Translations under genes and position numbers: made by a program
Part shown: positions 32,045 to 41,144 of the stretch, one piece after another
How positions within the stretch are numbered: position 1 is the stretch's first letter
Layout: the number at the start of each line of letters is the position of its first letter
Assembly (NCBI GenBank): GCA_019244185.1
Contig: JAFATB010000019.1
Location: 30,525 to 94,524 of the forward strand
Direction: 5' to 3'
Origin: Acidobacteriota bacterium
Lineage (GTDB): Bacteria; Acidobacteriota; Thermoanaerobaculia; Gp7-AA8
DNA length: 64,000 bases
Notes under the pieces: model-generated
Databases searched by the model: none
The model's input: the letters and a program-made list of their open reading frames with translations, nothing else
What the model was told of the DNA's origin: nothing

Positions 32045-32193
32045 GACCGACCGGGAGCGCCTCCGGCGGGCCGGCGCGGCCGGCAGCGCTGAGGGCATAG
32101 CCAGACTGCACGTGCGGCTGCCCTGAACGTGTTTGTGCGCAGCAATCAGCGCTGCCGGCCGTGCCGGCCCGCCGGAGGCGCTCCTCGTCGGTC
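32045..32193. repeat. 149-bp palindromic element with 48-bp arms (REP/MITE-like)
   Basis: Arms 32045-32092 and 32146-32193 match 45/48; partial second copy at 63372-63427. Confidence 0.85.
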
Positions 32194-32194
32194 C

Positions 32195-32653
32195 TTACCG
32201 CGGGTCGTAGTACCGCACTGCCAACACGCCTAGGCCCTTCTTGCCGTTTTCCGTCTTCGGGTCGTCGTTCACGACCACCATCACGTTCGGCAGTACGTTG
32301 TCGTAGATGAGGATCGACGACGTAGCCATGCGCGGCTTGCCGCGCGTGTCGCGGAGGCGGTCGCGCGTCTCATTGAAGGCACTGCGGATTTGCGGCAGGA
32401 GGGTGAAGAGCTCGAAGCGGATCGAGGCAAGGCGGGCGTTGTGGAACTCCAGCGTGAGGGACTTATCGCCGCCGTAATCGACGACCAGCTCGTTCGCGTT
32501 TGGGCCGGGCTTCAGCTCCCACGCGTGCATCGCGTCGGTGACTTGGGCGCGCGACATCCCGATGGCGAGATGGAACGACTCGGGGCGCATCCACGAGGTC
32601 GGGCTGTTCGATGGGAACGCGGTGGCGAGCAGCAGCGCGAAGAAGATCGGCAT
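32195..32653 (-). CDS. Hypothetical secreted protein
   Basis: Hydrophobic N-terminus, LAIGMSRAQV motif, co-oriented with aldolase. Confidence 0.65.
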   Translation of the reverse strand: MPIFFALLLATAFPSNSPTSWMRPESFHLAIGMSRAQVTDAMHAWELKPGPNANELVVDYGGDKSLTLEFHNARLASIRFELFTLLPQIRSAFNETRDRLRDTRGKPRMATSSILIYDNVLPNVMVVVNDDPKTENGKKGLGVLAVRYYDPR

Positions 32654-32662
32654 GCGTCGGTG

Positions 32663-33337
32663 TCAGTGCACGTAGGGGCCGTCGGCCTGCACGAGCGCGC
32701 GGCGTCCCTGCACGACGGCGGTCGCGAGTCCGACGCGGCGGCCGATCTCTTCCCAGTTCTCGCTGCGCACGAGATCGGGCAGCGCGAGCGACGCGCCGAG
32801 GTTCACGGCGATGCAGCCGGCGTCGAGATACGTGTCGATGATGTCGAGCGGCACGAGGCCTCCGGCGAGCATCGGGACGTCGCGGATCGGGCCGCGGATC
32901 GTGCGGATGTAATCGGGGCCGCCGAGGTGATTCGCGGGATAGACCTTCACGACATCGCAGCCCGCTTCCCAGGCGCGGATGATCTCGGTGGGCGTCGCGG
33001 CGCCGGCGATGCAGAGCAGATCGTTTTCGTTCGCGTACTCGATCACGCGCGGATCGGTATGCGGCGAGACGATGATCTGTGCGCCGGCGCGCCGCGCGAG
33101 CGCCGCATCGTTCGTGCTGCGCACGGTGCCGGCGGCGATCGACAGCTGCGGATAGCGATTGGCGAGGACGGCGATGAGCTGGATGGCGTCGGGCGTCGTG
33201 AGCGTGACCTCGATGATGCCGATGCCGTTCATCGCGTACGCATCGGCCACCGATTCCGCGCTCTCGAGACTGTCTTCACGGACGACGCCGACGATCTGTT
33301 CGGTCTGTACGCGGTTGAGGAGAGTTTTGCGGGACAT
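32663..33337 (-). CDS. eda: KDPG/KHG aldolase family protein
   Basis: IEVTLTTP, AGTV, IVSP, TPTEI, KVYPA..GGPDY. Confidence 0.85.
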   Translation of the reverse strand: MSRKTLLNRVQTEQIVGVVREDSLESAESVADAYAMNGIGIIEVTLTTPDAIQLIAVLANRYPQLSIAAGTVRSTNDAALARRAGAQIIVSPHTDPRVIEYANENDLLCIAGAATPTEIIRAWEAGCDVVKVYPANHLGGPDYIRTIRGPIRDVPMLAGGLVPLDIIDTYLDAGCIAVNLGASLALPDLVRSENWEEIGRRVGLATAVVQGRRALVQADGPYVH

Positions 33338-33363
33338 GGGTTACGCCCCGAATTTTACACGCG

Positions 33364-35646
33364 TCAATGCAGCGCGGCGACGATCTCCGCGAATCCAGAC
33401 ACATCTCGCAGAGCATCCAGTCGGGGATCGACGTTGAGAAACACCATCCACGCCGAGCGATCGTCGAGCGCTTTCTCCAATTGGGAGAGTGCCGCCGCCG
33501 TATCGCCGAGCCCCGCGTGAATCACAGCGATGTCATAAGGAGAGATGTAGCGGTGCTGCGCCTGCGTCTCGAGGTCGCTCAATAGCGCGAGCGCCTGTTC
33601 GCGATGGCCGGCGATCGCGTGCGTATGCGCGAGCATCGCCAGAAGGATCGGAATGCGATCGACCTCGAGCGCGCGGCCGAACGCATCGAGCGCCTCGTCG
33701 TAGCGACGTTGTTGTCCGAGGGCCATGCCGAGCCAGCCGTGCGCGGGGATGAAATGCTCGTCGAGCTCGAGCGCCTTGCGGAAGCGGCGGATCGCGCTTT
33801 CGAAATCGCGCGCGAAGTAGAACGGCCAGCCCGCGTGCACTGCAGCGATGAGCGAGAGCGGATCGAGATCGCACGCCTTCGTCACCTGCTCGACCGCTTC
33901 GTCGGAACGCCCGCGCGCGGAGAGCAGCATTGCGTAGCCGTCGTGCGCGGTGGCGTAGTTCGGATTGAGCTCGATGGCGCGGCGATAGGCGTCTTCCGCG
34001 CCTTCCCAGTCCCATTCGAACCACCAGCGCACGGCGCCGAGGGACGCCCACGCTTCCGCGAGACCGTCGTCGAGCTCGATCGCTTTCGTCGCGGCCGCTT
34101 TCGCTTTTGGCATCGCCTCGTGGGGTGGGAGCGGGATGTTCGTCGCCAGCGTGACGAAGCTGTCCGCGAGTCCCGCGTACGCGCTGGCGAACGACGGATC
34201 GGCTTCAATGGCCGCGCGGTAGTAGCCGATCCCTTTCTTGAGGCTCTCTTCCGTCCGTTTGTTCCACTGATACCGCCCGCGCAGATACTGCTGATACGCC
34301 TCGGAATTGCCCGTCGCGCTGCGGCGCAGTTTCTTTTTCTCCGCGCCGGTCAGCTTGATGCGCAGCTTCTCCGCGATGTCGCGCGAGATCTCGTCCGGAA
34401 TCTTCGCGAGATCGGCGAGCTCGCGCACGTACGTCTCGCCCCAGACCAGCGCGCCGTCGAGCGAGTCGACGAGCTCCACGTTGATCTGCAGGCGGTCGCC
34501 GAGTTGCTTGACGATGCCGGTCAGCACCGCGCGGACGCGCAGCTCGCGGCCGACGGACTGCGCGTCGGCGTCGCGGTTCTTGTAGCGAAACACCGTGCTG
34601 CGCGCCATGACCTTCAGCTTCGGCAGATGAGAGAGCCGGTTGATGACGCCTTCGGTGATGCCGTCGCCGAGGTATTCGGCGTTCGGGTCGGCGAGCGCGT
34701 TGGCGAGCGGCAGCACGGCGATCGAGTCGATGGTCTTGCGCGAGGTGCGGCGGCGCGCGAGGTCTTTGATGAGGTCGTCCTTCATCGACGTCGCGCTGCT
34801 GCCGATGGCGCGCAGTGTGAGCGCGAGATCGCGCGCGGACTGGAAGCGCATCGACGGCGTCTTCTCGACGCAGCCTTCGATGATGCGCTGGAACTCGGGC
34901 GGCACGGAGTTGCTCAGCTCCTCGCGCGGCAGCGCGTCTTTGAGGATCGCGGCGATCGTGGCGGCGCCCGACTCGCGATGGAACGGCCGCTTCGACGTGA
35001 CCATCTCGTAGAGGATGCAGCCGAGGGAGAAGATGTCCGCGCTCGCGTCGACGGCTTCGCCGCGGAGCTGTTCGGGCGACATGTAGCCGAGCGTGCCGAT
35101 GACCGTGCCGGGCTGCGTCTGGAACCAGCGCGTGGTGGGGATGTTCGCCTCGTCGCGCTGCATGAGCGCGGGATCGGTCTGCGCGAGGCCGAAGTCGAGG
35201 ATCTTCACGCGACCTTCGTCGGTGACGAAGATGTTCTCCGGCTTGAGGTCGCGGTGCACGATCGACTTCGCGTGCGCGGCGGCGAGACCTTCCGCGACTT
35301 CGGCGCCGATCTCCACCGCGCGGCGCCAGCCGATCGCGTTCGCGCGCAGCTGGTCGCGCAGCGTCTTCCCTTCGAGCAGTTCGGTGACGACGTAGAACGT
35401 GCCGTTCTCGCGGCCGACGTCGTAGACGGCGACGACGTTCGGATGCGACAGCGCCGCAATCGCGCGCGCCTCGCGCTCGAGCCGCGCGATGGCTTCCGTG
35501 TCGTGGATCGCGTCGCTCGCCAGGATCTTGATGGCGATGTCGCGGCCGAGCCGCGGGTCGCGGCCGCGGTACACCTGCCCCATGCCGCCCTCGCCGAGCA
35601 GCGAGACGACTTCGTAGGGGCCGACCTTCGATCCGGGAGAGAACAC
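33364..35646 (-). CDS. Hanks-type Ser/Thr protein kinase with TolB-N-like and TPR domains
   Basis: LGEGGMGQVY, AIK, HRDLKPEN, DFGLA, GTLGYMSPEQ; SIAVLP; TPRs. Confidence 0.95.
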   Translation of the reverse strand: MFSPGSKVGPYEVVSLLGEGGMGQVYRGRDPRLGRDIAIKILASDAIHDTEAIARLEREARAIAALSHPNVVAVYDVGRENGTFYVVTELLEGKTLRDQLRANAIGWRRAVEIGAEVAEGLAAAHAKSIVHRDLKPENIFVTDEGRVKILDFGLAQTDPALMQRDEANIPTTRWFQTQPGTVIGTLGYMSPEQLRGEAVDASADIFSLGCILYEMVTSKRPFHRESGAATIAAILKDALPREELSNSVPPEFQRIIEGCVEKTPSMRFQSARDLALTLRAIGSSATSMKDDLIKDLARRRTSRKTIDSIAVLPLANALADPNAEYLGDGITEGVINRLSHLPKLKVMARSTVFRYKNRDADAQSVGRELRVRAVLTGIVKQLGDRLQINVELVDSLDGALVWGETYVRELADLAKIPDEISRDIAEKLRIKLTGAEKKKLRRSATGNSEAYQQYLRGRYQWNKRTEESLKKGIGYYRAAIEADPSFASAYAGLADSFVTLATNIPLPPHEAMPKAKAAATKAIELDDGLAEAWASLGAVRWWFEWDWEGAEDAYRRAIELNPNYATAHDGYAMLLSARGRSDEAVEQVTKACDLDPLSLIAAVHAGWPFYFARDFESAIRRFRKALELDEHFIPAHGWLGMALGQQRRYDEALDAFGRALEVDRIPILLAMLAHTHAIAGHREQALALLSDLETQAQHRYISPYDIAVIHAGLGDTAAALSQLEKALDDRSAWMVFLNVDPRLDALRDVSGFAEIVAALH

Positions 35647-35725
35647 GAGCGTATTCTAGGTGCGCCCGCGGCGAAGGATGCATCAGGTCGGAAAACCTGC
35701 CGGCGGTTGTACCATCTAGACGCGT

Positions 35726-36808
35726 ATGGTCCTCATCAACAAAGCGATCAACGAGGTGACGGTCAAGCTCGTCTACTACGGGCCGGGACTGTGCGGAAAG
35801 ACGACGAACCTCGAGAAGATCTACGGCAATCCGAAGCTCGATCACAAGGGCAAGATGATCTCGATGGCGACCGAGACCGATCGGACGCTCTTCTTCGACT
35901 TCATGCCGATGGAGCTCGGCACGATCGCGGGACAGAAGGTGCGCGTGCAGCTCTACACCGTGCCCGGCCAGGTCTTCTACGACGCCACGCGCAAGCTCGT
36001 GCTGCGCGGCGCGGACGGCGTGGTGTTCGTCGCCGACTCGCAGGCATCGATGCGCGAGTCGAACCTGCAGAGCCTCGAGAATCTGAAGACGAACCTGCGC
36101 ATCAACCGCATCGATCCCGACAAGGTCGCGCTTGTGTTCCAGTACAACAAACGCGACCTGCCGAACGTGGCGACGGTCGACGAGATGTCGGCCTACCTGC
36201 AGCCGCCGAGCGGCACGCCGGTCGTCGAGGCGTCCGCGATCAACGGCGTCGGCGTGACCGCGACCTTGCGCGCGGCCGTCGCGCGGATCCTCGACAACCT
36301 CAAGGCGAACGTCGACACGATCCTGCACGACGAGCCGCCGCTCGCCGCGCCGGACATGACCCAGAAAGCAGGCGTCGCCGCGCATTCGGCGGGAACGCCG
36401 AAGCTGTCGATGAAGGCGGAGACTCCGGCGCCCGCGACGTCCGTGTCCGCGACGACGGCTCCGCCGCCGCCCGCCCCGCGGGAACAAACGCTGGGCGTCA
36501 GCGCGCCGTCGTTCGCCGAACTGCAGTCGCCGTTCGAAGTGCAGCTCGACGAGGCGTCGTCCGCGCTCGAGGATGACGATCCCTTCGCGCACGTCGCCGC
36601 GCCCCTGGTGGAGGCGGAACCCGACTTTGCCGCGGAGATGGACGATCCCTTCGGCGCCTCCGTCACGGTGATGCACGACGCGTCCGCCGAACGCGCCGAG
36701 CTCGAGTCGATGCTCGCCGGCGCGCGCGCCGTCGTCGCCGCGCTCGAACGCGCGCTGGAGACCGCGCGCGAGCAGGAGCGGAAGCTGTTGGCGCGGCTGG
36801 AATCGTAG
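35726..36808 (+). CDS. mglA: MglA-family small GTPase with long C-terminal extension
   Basis: YYGPGLCGKTTNL, TETDRTLFFDF, YTVPGQVFY, QYNKRD. Confidence 0.88.
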   Translation: MVLINKAINEVTVKLVYYGPGLCGKTTNLEKIYGNPKLDHKGKMISMATETDRTLFFDFMPMELGTIAGQKVRVQLYTVPGQVFYDATRKLVLRGADGVVFVADSQASMRESNLQSLENLKTNLRINRIDPDKVALVFQYNKRDLPNVATVDEMSAYLQPPSGTPVVEASAINGVGVTATLRAAVARILDNLKANVDTILHDEPPLAAPDMTQKAGVAAHSAGTPKLSMKAETPAPATSVSATTAPPPPAPREQTLGVSAPSFAELQSPFEVQLDEASSALEDDDPFAHVAAPLVEAEPDFAAEMDDPFGASVTVMHDASAERAELESMLAGARAVVAALERALETAREQERKLLARLES

Positions 36809-36875
36809 AGGCGGCGGGCGCGCTAACGGCCGGCCGCGTGTGCGCATCGATGCCTCAGTAGGCGCGCACGGGCCT

Positions 36876-36987
36876 GAATGAAGAACGCAGAACGCAGAAT
36901 GAAGAATTGAGAAGCCCGCCCCCGCAGGACGCGTGCGCGTGCGGCTCGATTCTGCATTCTTCATTCTGCGTTCTGCGTTCTTCATTC
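36876..36987. repeat. Inverted pair of 7-bp tandem repeats (GAATGAA/GAACGCA)
   Basis: gaatgaa gaacgca gaacgca gaatgaa gaat (36876-) mirrored exactly for 32 nt at 36956-36987, followed by a T-run. Confidence 0.9.
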
Positions 36988-37045
36988 GCTTTTTCCCTCG
37001 CCACCGACTCGCACACGCCCCGCGCGATAGACTTCCCCCCACGTC

Positions 37046-37759
37046 ATGACCTGGTACCGGGAGTGGTTCGGCGAGGAGTATCTCGAGCTCTACGCGCATC
37101 GCGACGAAGAGGAGGCGCGGCGGCAGGTGGCGTTCTTCCGGCGCGTGGCCGGGCCGCTCGACGGTGCGGTGCTCGATCTCGCGTGCGGGATGGGGCGGCA
37201 CATGGCCGAGCTGCAGGCGCACGGCTACCATCCCGTCGGTTGTGACCTCTCGTTCACGCTGCTGCGCACCGGCATCGGCGAGTATGGGGCGATGCCGGTC
37301 GCACGCGCGGACATGCGCCAGTTGCCGTTCTGCGACCGCGTCTTCGCCGGTTTGGTCAACTTCTTTACCAGCTTCGGCTACTTCGCCACCGAGGACGAGA
37401 ACCTGCAGGTCGTGGGCGAGATGGCGCGCGTGCTCGCGCCCGACGCGCGCTTCCTCTTCGACTACCTCAATGTCGACCGCGAGCTGGAGAAGCTCGTCGA
37501 ACGCGAGACCCGAGAGACGCCGATGGGACGCGTCAGCATCGAGCGGTGGTTCGACCCGCAGGACCGCTCCTTCGTGAAACGCATCAACATCGGCGCGAAA
37601 CGCTACCTCGAGCGCGTGCGCGGCTACGCGCTCGAAGAGATCGCGTCGATGTTCGCCGCGCACGGCCTGGCCATCGAGCACGCGTACGGCGACTTCAGCG
37701 GCGCGGACTTTACGCGCACCGCGCCGCGGCTCATCCTCGTCGGGAGGCGCTCGCGATGA
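37046..37759 (+). CDS. Class I SAM-dependent methyltransferase, candidate bacillithiol N-methyltransferase (NmbA-like)
   Basis: LDLACGMGRH, NFFTSFGYF, N-terminal WYREWF..YLELYAHRD; ATGA-coupled to bshC. Confidence 0.75.
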   Translation: MTWYREWFGEEYLELYAHRDEEEARRQVAFFRRVAGPLDGAVLDLACGMGRHMAELQAHGYHPVGCDLSFTLLRTGIGEYGAMPVARADMRQLPFCDRVFAGLVNFFTSFGYFATEDENLQVVGEMARVLAPDARFLFDYLNVDRELEKLVERETRETPMGRVSIERWFDPQDRSFVKRINIGAKRYLERVRGYALEEIASMFAAHGLAIEHAYGDFSGADFTRTAPRLILVGRRSR

Positions 37760-39258
37760 CGCGCGTCCCGCTGGCGCGCTATCCCGGCATGAACCGCTTC
37801 GTGCTCGACTGGCTCGGCGGCGACGCGCGCTTTCTGCCGCGCCGCACGCCGATCGCCGCGCGCAGACGCGACGTGGCGCCCGCGCTCGTCGACGCGCTGC
37901 GAACGTCGAACGCACATTGGGGGTTATCGGTTGCAGAGCCGCTCGCGCGCTGGGCGTCGCAGCCGACGCTGACGTTCGTCGCCGGGCAGCAGGTCGGGTT
38001 CGCGGGCGGGCCGCTCTACACGCTCGCGAAGCTGGCCACGCTGGTGAAGATGAAGCGCGACGCGGAAGCGCACGGCACGCCGGCCACGGCGTTTTTCTGG
38101 CTGGCGACGGAAGACCACGACTTCGACGAGGTCGCGACGCTTAACGTCCCGGTCGCCGCGCTGCCGCGCACGAAAGACGTGAACCGCCAGCGCGATCTCG
38201 TCTGTATGCGCGCGGCTCGGACAGCGGAGCCTCGTGCCGCTGTGGGGTCGCTTCCCGTTCCCGACCCGCTCATCGAGCAACTCCTCTCGCTCTTCGGCCT
38301 CCCCCGCCCGCACTGGCTGCGCGCGGGCATCACGTTCCGCGATTCCTTCGCGGAGCTCGTCGCGCAGCTCTTCGGCGACGAAGTCATCCTCGTCGACGCG
38401 CTGCTTCCGGAGCTGCGCCGCGCGGGCGCGCCGCTCTTCGCGCAACTCCATGCGCGCAACGACGAGATCCAGCGCGCGCTGCACGAGCGCGGCGAAGCGC
38501 TCGCGCAGGCCGGCTACGCCGAGCAGGTCGTGGCGCGCGACGGCGACGTCTACACGCTCCTCTTCGATCTCGACGCGCACGGCAACCGCGTGCCCGCGAT
38601 GCCCGGGCAGCAGCCGGAGCGCACGTCGACGTCCGCGCTCACGCGTCCGCTGCTGCAGGATTCCGTGCTGCAACCGGACGTCTTCATCGGCGGTCCCGCG
38701 GAAGTCGCGTACTACGCGCAGATCTCGACGCTGCACGAACTGCTCGACATCGCGATGCCGCGCATCGCGCTGCGCGGCCACGCGCTGGTCGCGCCGAAAC
38801 GCGTCGCGCGCGCAATCGAACGTTACGGCCTCGACGCCGAGTCGCTCTTCCGCGCGCCGGACGCGCTGCTCGCCGAGCGCGAGCCCGAAGGCGTGGCAAA
38901 AATCCGCGAGCTCGCGAGCGACGCGAAGCGCGACCTCTTCGCGCGCATCGACGCCATCCGCGAGCTCGCGCTCCCCGCCGACCATTCACTGGCCGGCTCG
39001 ATCCAGCGCTCGGTCGGTCACCTCGACTATCACTTCAACAAGCTCGCGGAGCGCGCCATCAAAGGGCTCGTGCGCAAAGACCGCGAGCGTTACGCGGCGA
39101 CGCGCGAGCTCGTGGCGACGCTCTTCCCCGACGGGCACGTGCAGGATCGCGTCGTGAGCTGGTTCGCGTATTGGCAGGAGCACGGCGCGCAGCTCGTCGA
39201 GCGGATGGTCGAGGAGATCGAGCCCGACGCCGACGTCTTCAAGGTCGTGGAGGTATGA
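37756..39258 (+). CDS. bshC: Bacillithiol biosynthesis cysteine-adding enzyme BshC
   Basis: AGQQVGFAGGPLYTLAK, FWLATEDHDFDE, RPLLQD..GGPAEVAY, QDRV. Confidence 0.92.
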   Translation: MTRVPLARYPGMNRFVLDWLGGDARFLPRRTPIAARRRDVAPALVDALRTSNAHWGLSVAEPLARWASQPTLTFVAGQQVGFAGGPLYTLAKLATLVKMKRDAEAHGTPATAFFWLATEDHDFDEVATLNVPVAALPRTKDVNRQRDLVCMRAARTAEPRAAVGSLPVPDPLIEQLLSLFGLPRPHWLRAGITFRDSFAELVAQLFGDEVILVDALLPELRRAGAPLFAQLHARNDEIQRALHERGEALAQAGYAEQVVARDGDVYTLLFDLDAHGNRVPAMPGQQPERTSTSALTRPLLQDSVLQPDVFIGGPAEVAYYAQISTLHELLDIAMPRIALRGHALVAPKRVARAIERYGLDAESLFRAPDALLAEREPEGVAKIRELASDAKRDLFARIDAIRELALPADHSLAGSIQRSVGHLDYHFNKLAERAIKGLVRKDRERYAATRELVATLFPDGHVQDRVVSWFAYWQEHGAQLVERMVEEIEPDADVFKVVEV

Positions 39259-39265
39259 ACGAGCG

Positions 39266-40000
39266 ATGAACGACACCGTCGACCTTCTCTTTTTCGGCGC
39301 GCATCCCGACGACGTGGAGCTCGGCTGCGGCGGCACGATCGCCAAGCTGGCCAAAGACGGCGCGCGCATCGGCATGGTCGATCTCACCCGCGGGGAGCTC
39401 GGCACGCGCGGCACGCCGCAGACGCGCAAGCGTGAGGCGCAACATAGCGCCCGCATCCTCGGTGCACTATTTCGCACACAACTCGATTTCGGCGATGGGA
39501 ACCTGCAGACCGGCCGCGAACAGGAGCTCGAGATCGTCGACCTGCTGCGGCGGCACCGGCCGCGGGTCGTGTTCGTGTCGTATCCGGATGACCGGCATCC
39601 CGATCACACGCGCGCCGGACGCATCGTGACCGAGGCGTCGTTCTACTCGGGGCTGCGCGCGCTGCCCGCGCCGGGCCATGCGCACCGGCCGCAGACGGTC
39701 GTCTACTACATCCAGAACTACATGCTGCCGCCGTCGTTCGTGGTCGACACGTCGAAGACGTGGAAGACGAAGATGCGCGCGATCGCGGCGTTCAAGTCGC
39801 AGTTCTCCATTCCCGGCACGACGTCAAAGTCGAAGGAGCCGCAGACGTTCATCTCCAAGCCGGGGTTCCTCGAGACCATCGACGCGCGCGGACGCCACTT
39901 CGGCGCGCTGATCGGCGTCGAGTTCGGCGAGGCGTTCGTCACCAAACAGCCGCCGCGCGTCGACGACGTCATCGCCGCGTACGCGGGACGGGAAGTCTGA
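39266..40000 (+). CDS. bshB1: Bacillithiol biosynthesis deacetylase BshB1
   Basis: AHPDDVELGCGG, DLTRGELGTRGT, DRHPDH. Confidence 0.93.
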   Translation: MNDTVDLLFFGAHPDDVELGCGGTIAKLAKDGARIGMVDLTRGELGTRGTPQTRKREAQHSARILGALFRTQLDFGDGNLQTGREQELEIVDLLRRHRPRVVFVSYPDDRHPDHTRAGRIVTEASFYSGLRALPAPGHAHRPQTVVYYIQNYMLPPSFVVDTSKTWKTKMRAIAAFKSQFSIPGTTSKSKEPQTFISKPGFLETIDARGRHFGALIGVEFGEAFVTKQPPRVDDVIAAYAGREV

Positions 40001-41124
40001 TGCGCATCGGGATCACCTGCTATCCGACCTTCGGCGGTTCCGGCGTCGTGGCCACGGAGCTCGGCCTCGCGCTGGCGAAGCACGGCGACAACGTGCACTT
40101 CATCAGCTACGCGCTGCCGTCGCGCCTCAACCTGCTGCACGAGCGCGTGCACTTTCACGAGGTCACGGTCACGCCGTATCCGCTGTTCGATCCGTATCCG
40201 CCGTACACGCTCGCGCTGGCGACGAAGATGGCCGAAGTCGCGGCGTACGAGAAGCTCGACATCCTGCACGTGCATTACGCGATTCCGCACGCGATCAGCG
40301 CGTATCTCGCCAAGCAGATCCTGCAGTCGAAGCTGCGCGTGATCACGACGCTGCACGGCACCGACATCACGCTCGTCGGCCGCGACGAGAGCTATCTGCC
40401 GATCACGAAGTTCGGCATCGAGGTCTCCGACGGCGTGACCGCGGTGTCGCAGTGGCTGAAGGACGAGACGGCGACGCACTTCCATACGGCGAAGACGATC
40501 GAGGTCATCCCGAACTTCATCGATCCGGCACGCTTCCGCCGCGACGCGAGCAAGTTCTGCCAGATGTTCGGCGCGCCGGGTGACAAGTTGGTCTGCCATG
40601 TCTCGAACTTCCGGCCGGTGAAGCGCGTGCTCGACGTCGTGGAAGTCTTCCGCAAGATCGCGTCGGAAGTGCCGAGCCGCCTGCTCATGATCGGCGACGG
40701 CCCCGATCGTTCGCGCGCCGAGGCGTACGCGCGCGAGCATCGCCTCCGCGACCGCGTCTTCTTCCTCGGCAACGTTCCGAACCTCGAAGAAGTCCTCGGC
40801 GCATGCGATCTCTTTTTGCTGCCGTCCGAGACGGAATCGTTCGGCATGGCCGCGCTCGAGGCGATGTGCAGTGAAGTGCCCGTGATCGCGTCGCGCAGCG
40901 GCGGCTTACCCGAGGTGGTCGTCGACGGCGAGACCGGATACCTCGTCGGCGTGGGCGACACGGACGCGATGGCCGCGCGCGCGATCGAGATCCTGCGCGA
41001 CGACTCGCTGCGCCGCCGGATGGGACGCCAGGCGCGCGAGCATGCGGTCGCGGAGTTCGACGACCAGAAGATCGTGCCGATGTATCGCGATCTATACGAC
41101 CGCGCGATCGCGTCCGGCGCATAG
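40000..41124 (+). CDS. bshA: N-acetyl-alpha-D-glucosaminyl L-malate synthase BshA
   Basis: IGITCYPTFGGSGVVATELG, HVHYAIPHA, TTLHGTDITLVG, SNFRPVKR, ESFG. Confidence 0.96.
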   Translation: MRIGITCYPTFGGSGVVATELGLALAKHGDNVHFISYALPSRLNLLHERVHFHEVTVTPYPLFDPYPPYTLALATKMAEVAAYEKLDILHVHYAIPHAISAYLAKQILQSKLRVITTLHGTDITLVGRDESYLPITKFGIEVSDGVTAVSQWLKDETATHFHTAKTIEVIPNFIDPARFRRDASKFCQMFGAPGDKLVCHVSNFRPVKRVLDVVEVFRKIASEVPSRLLMIGDGPDRSRAEAYAREHRLRDRVFFLGNVPNLEEVLGACDLFLLPSETESFGMAALEAMCSEVPVIASRSGGLPEVVVDGETGYLVGVGDTDAMAARAIEILRDDSLRRRMGRQAREHAVAEFDDQKIVPMYRDLYDRAIASGA

Positions 41125-41144
41125 CGGTCGCTAAAATCGCGCGT

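Noticed and set aside
32663-33337. Aldolase as the lower step of the aminophenol pathway
   Set aside because: About 16 kb away, separately transcribed, and KDPG/KHG type rather than the 4-hydroxy-2-oxovalerate aldolase family
36876-36987. Diversity-generating retroelement or retron component
   Set aside because: No reverse transcriptase, no TR/VR pair with adenine-specific mismatches and no Avd-like gene in the window
33604-37915. Very long alternative ORFs (33604-36576 +, 34205-37915 -; likewise 3877-6300 +, 22126-24174 +, 42528-44771 +)
   Set aside because: Shadow frames of real genes in high-GC DNA; Arg/Ala-rich with no family motifs
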